Of a stretch of 64,000 nt of DNA, positions 63,504 through 64,000 are shown piece by piece. Below the pieces are notes generated by a model. That model was not told the origin of the DNA and did not search any database. It saw nothing but the letters and a program-made list of their open reading frames with translations. The position numbers and the translations under genes are program-made. Each line of letters opens with the position of its first letter. The first letter of the stretch is position 1. Source of the DNA: Armatimonadota bacterium (GTDB taxonomy: Bacteria; Armatimonadota; UBA5829; DTJY01); assembly GCA_017993055.1 (NCBI GenBank), contig JAGONM010000007.1, forward strand, positions 50,960-114,959, written 5' to 3'.

Positions 63504-64000
63504 CTACCGATGCACGTCCGGGTCGGACTGGCGGACACGGAGCTTCACGGTGAAGACACCGTCGCCGGTGAGGACGGCGGCGCGGGCGAGGAGCCGGCCG
63601 TTCTGCCAGTTCGAGAGCCCGAGTTCCGGGCGCTCGAGCGCGTACTGCCCGTCCACCCAGCGCGTGAACCCATTACCGATGAACGGGGCATTCAACTCGC
63701 GGAGGAACTTCTCGTGCGAGGCCTCGTCGTCGCTGACGAGCGACGCCGCCAGCAGGGGCGACTGCTCGTTGAAGAGCCGGATGCCCTCGTCCAGGTCGTG
63801 TATCGCGACCACCGTCACCTCGGGTGTCTGCTCCCACTCCCACTCGTGGCCGAGTTGGTCGTCCGGCCAGATGGTTGCGGTCAACTCGTGCTGGACGCCG
63901 GCCGCGCGCATGACGTCCGTCTCCCTGGTGAACAGCTCCTCGGGGATGATGTCTTCACTGCCGTGAGCGACATGGAGCCGGTAGCCGTATCCGAGCTTCT
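63504..64000 (-). CDS. proA: 3' part of a gamma-glutamyl phosphate reductase-like (aldehyde dehydrogenase superfamily) gene; 5' end lies outside the window
   Basis: The frame stays open to nt 64000. The C-terminal pattern VVAIHDLDEGIRLFNEQSPLLAASLVSDD...NGFTRWVDGQ...ELGLSNWQ.GRLLARA parallels ProA (AI.HI..yGS.H..aIvt.d...N.STRf.DG...G.E.GiST.k.HaRGP). Confidence 0.5.
   Translation of the reverse strand, partial: KLGYGYRLHVAHGSEDIIPEELFTRETDVMRAAGVQHELTATIWPDDQLGHEWEWEQTPEVTVVAIHDLDEGIRLFNEQSPLLAASLVSDDEASHEKFLRELNAPFIGNGFTRWVDGQYALERPELGLSNWQNGRLLARAAVLTGDGVFTVKLRVRQSDPDVHR

Noticed and set aside
1-64000. Mobile element, prophage or classical defence island
   Set aside because: No integrase, transposase, recombinase, phage structural, restriction-modification, Cas or reverse-transcriptase signatures were seen in any frame. 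The gene content is housekeeping plus CAZyme-like genes, and the only insertion-like gene is the one at 24511-25224.

Overview
GC-rich bacterial chromosomal segment from a diderm organism (lptD, lptF/G and lnt are present). I count about 46 protein-coding genes, tightly packed on both strands. By eye there is no rRNA, tRNA, CRISPR array, transposase or integrase. All family calls come from motif recognition only; no searches were run. Housekeeping genes include tkt, lysA, scpA/scpB, a PBP5-type carboxypeptidase, a pseudouridine synthase, secA, prfB (with the classical +1 frameshift), proS, hemW, lnt and lptD/lptFG. They are interleaved with a BtuF/FecCD-type importer, a MacAB-like HlyD/ABC/FtsX exporter and several large secreted glycoside-hydrolase-like proteins. 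The most unusual items are: (1) a 2,692-codon secreted ORF with two complete propeptide+S8 subtilase units, two NIDO-like domains, many repeated beta-sandwich/Ig modules, and a C-terminal module shared with the truncated gene at the window start. (2) A 237-aa protein wedged between secA and prfB that fuses an antitoxin-like N-terminus to an HhH-GPD (DNA-glycosylase-type) signature. (3) A family of strictly phased short tandem arrays in 5' leader or intergenic positions: 9-bp GTCNGAC-type units at four sites and a 7-bp GTGnnCn array at one site. (4) A cluster of four copies of a ~55-60 bp repeat (three direct, one inverted) inserted in frame inside a Gfo/Idh/MocA oxidoreductase gene. (5) An archaeal-type thymidylate-synthase paralog paired with a MetV/MTHFR_C-type Cys-rich protein, next to a divergent DprA-like gene. 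(6) Three divergent promoter pairs with abutting -35 boxes, one of which implies a leaderless mRNA. Many long antisense ORFs in the track are GC-driven shadow frames and were rejected.
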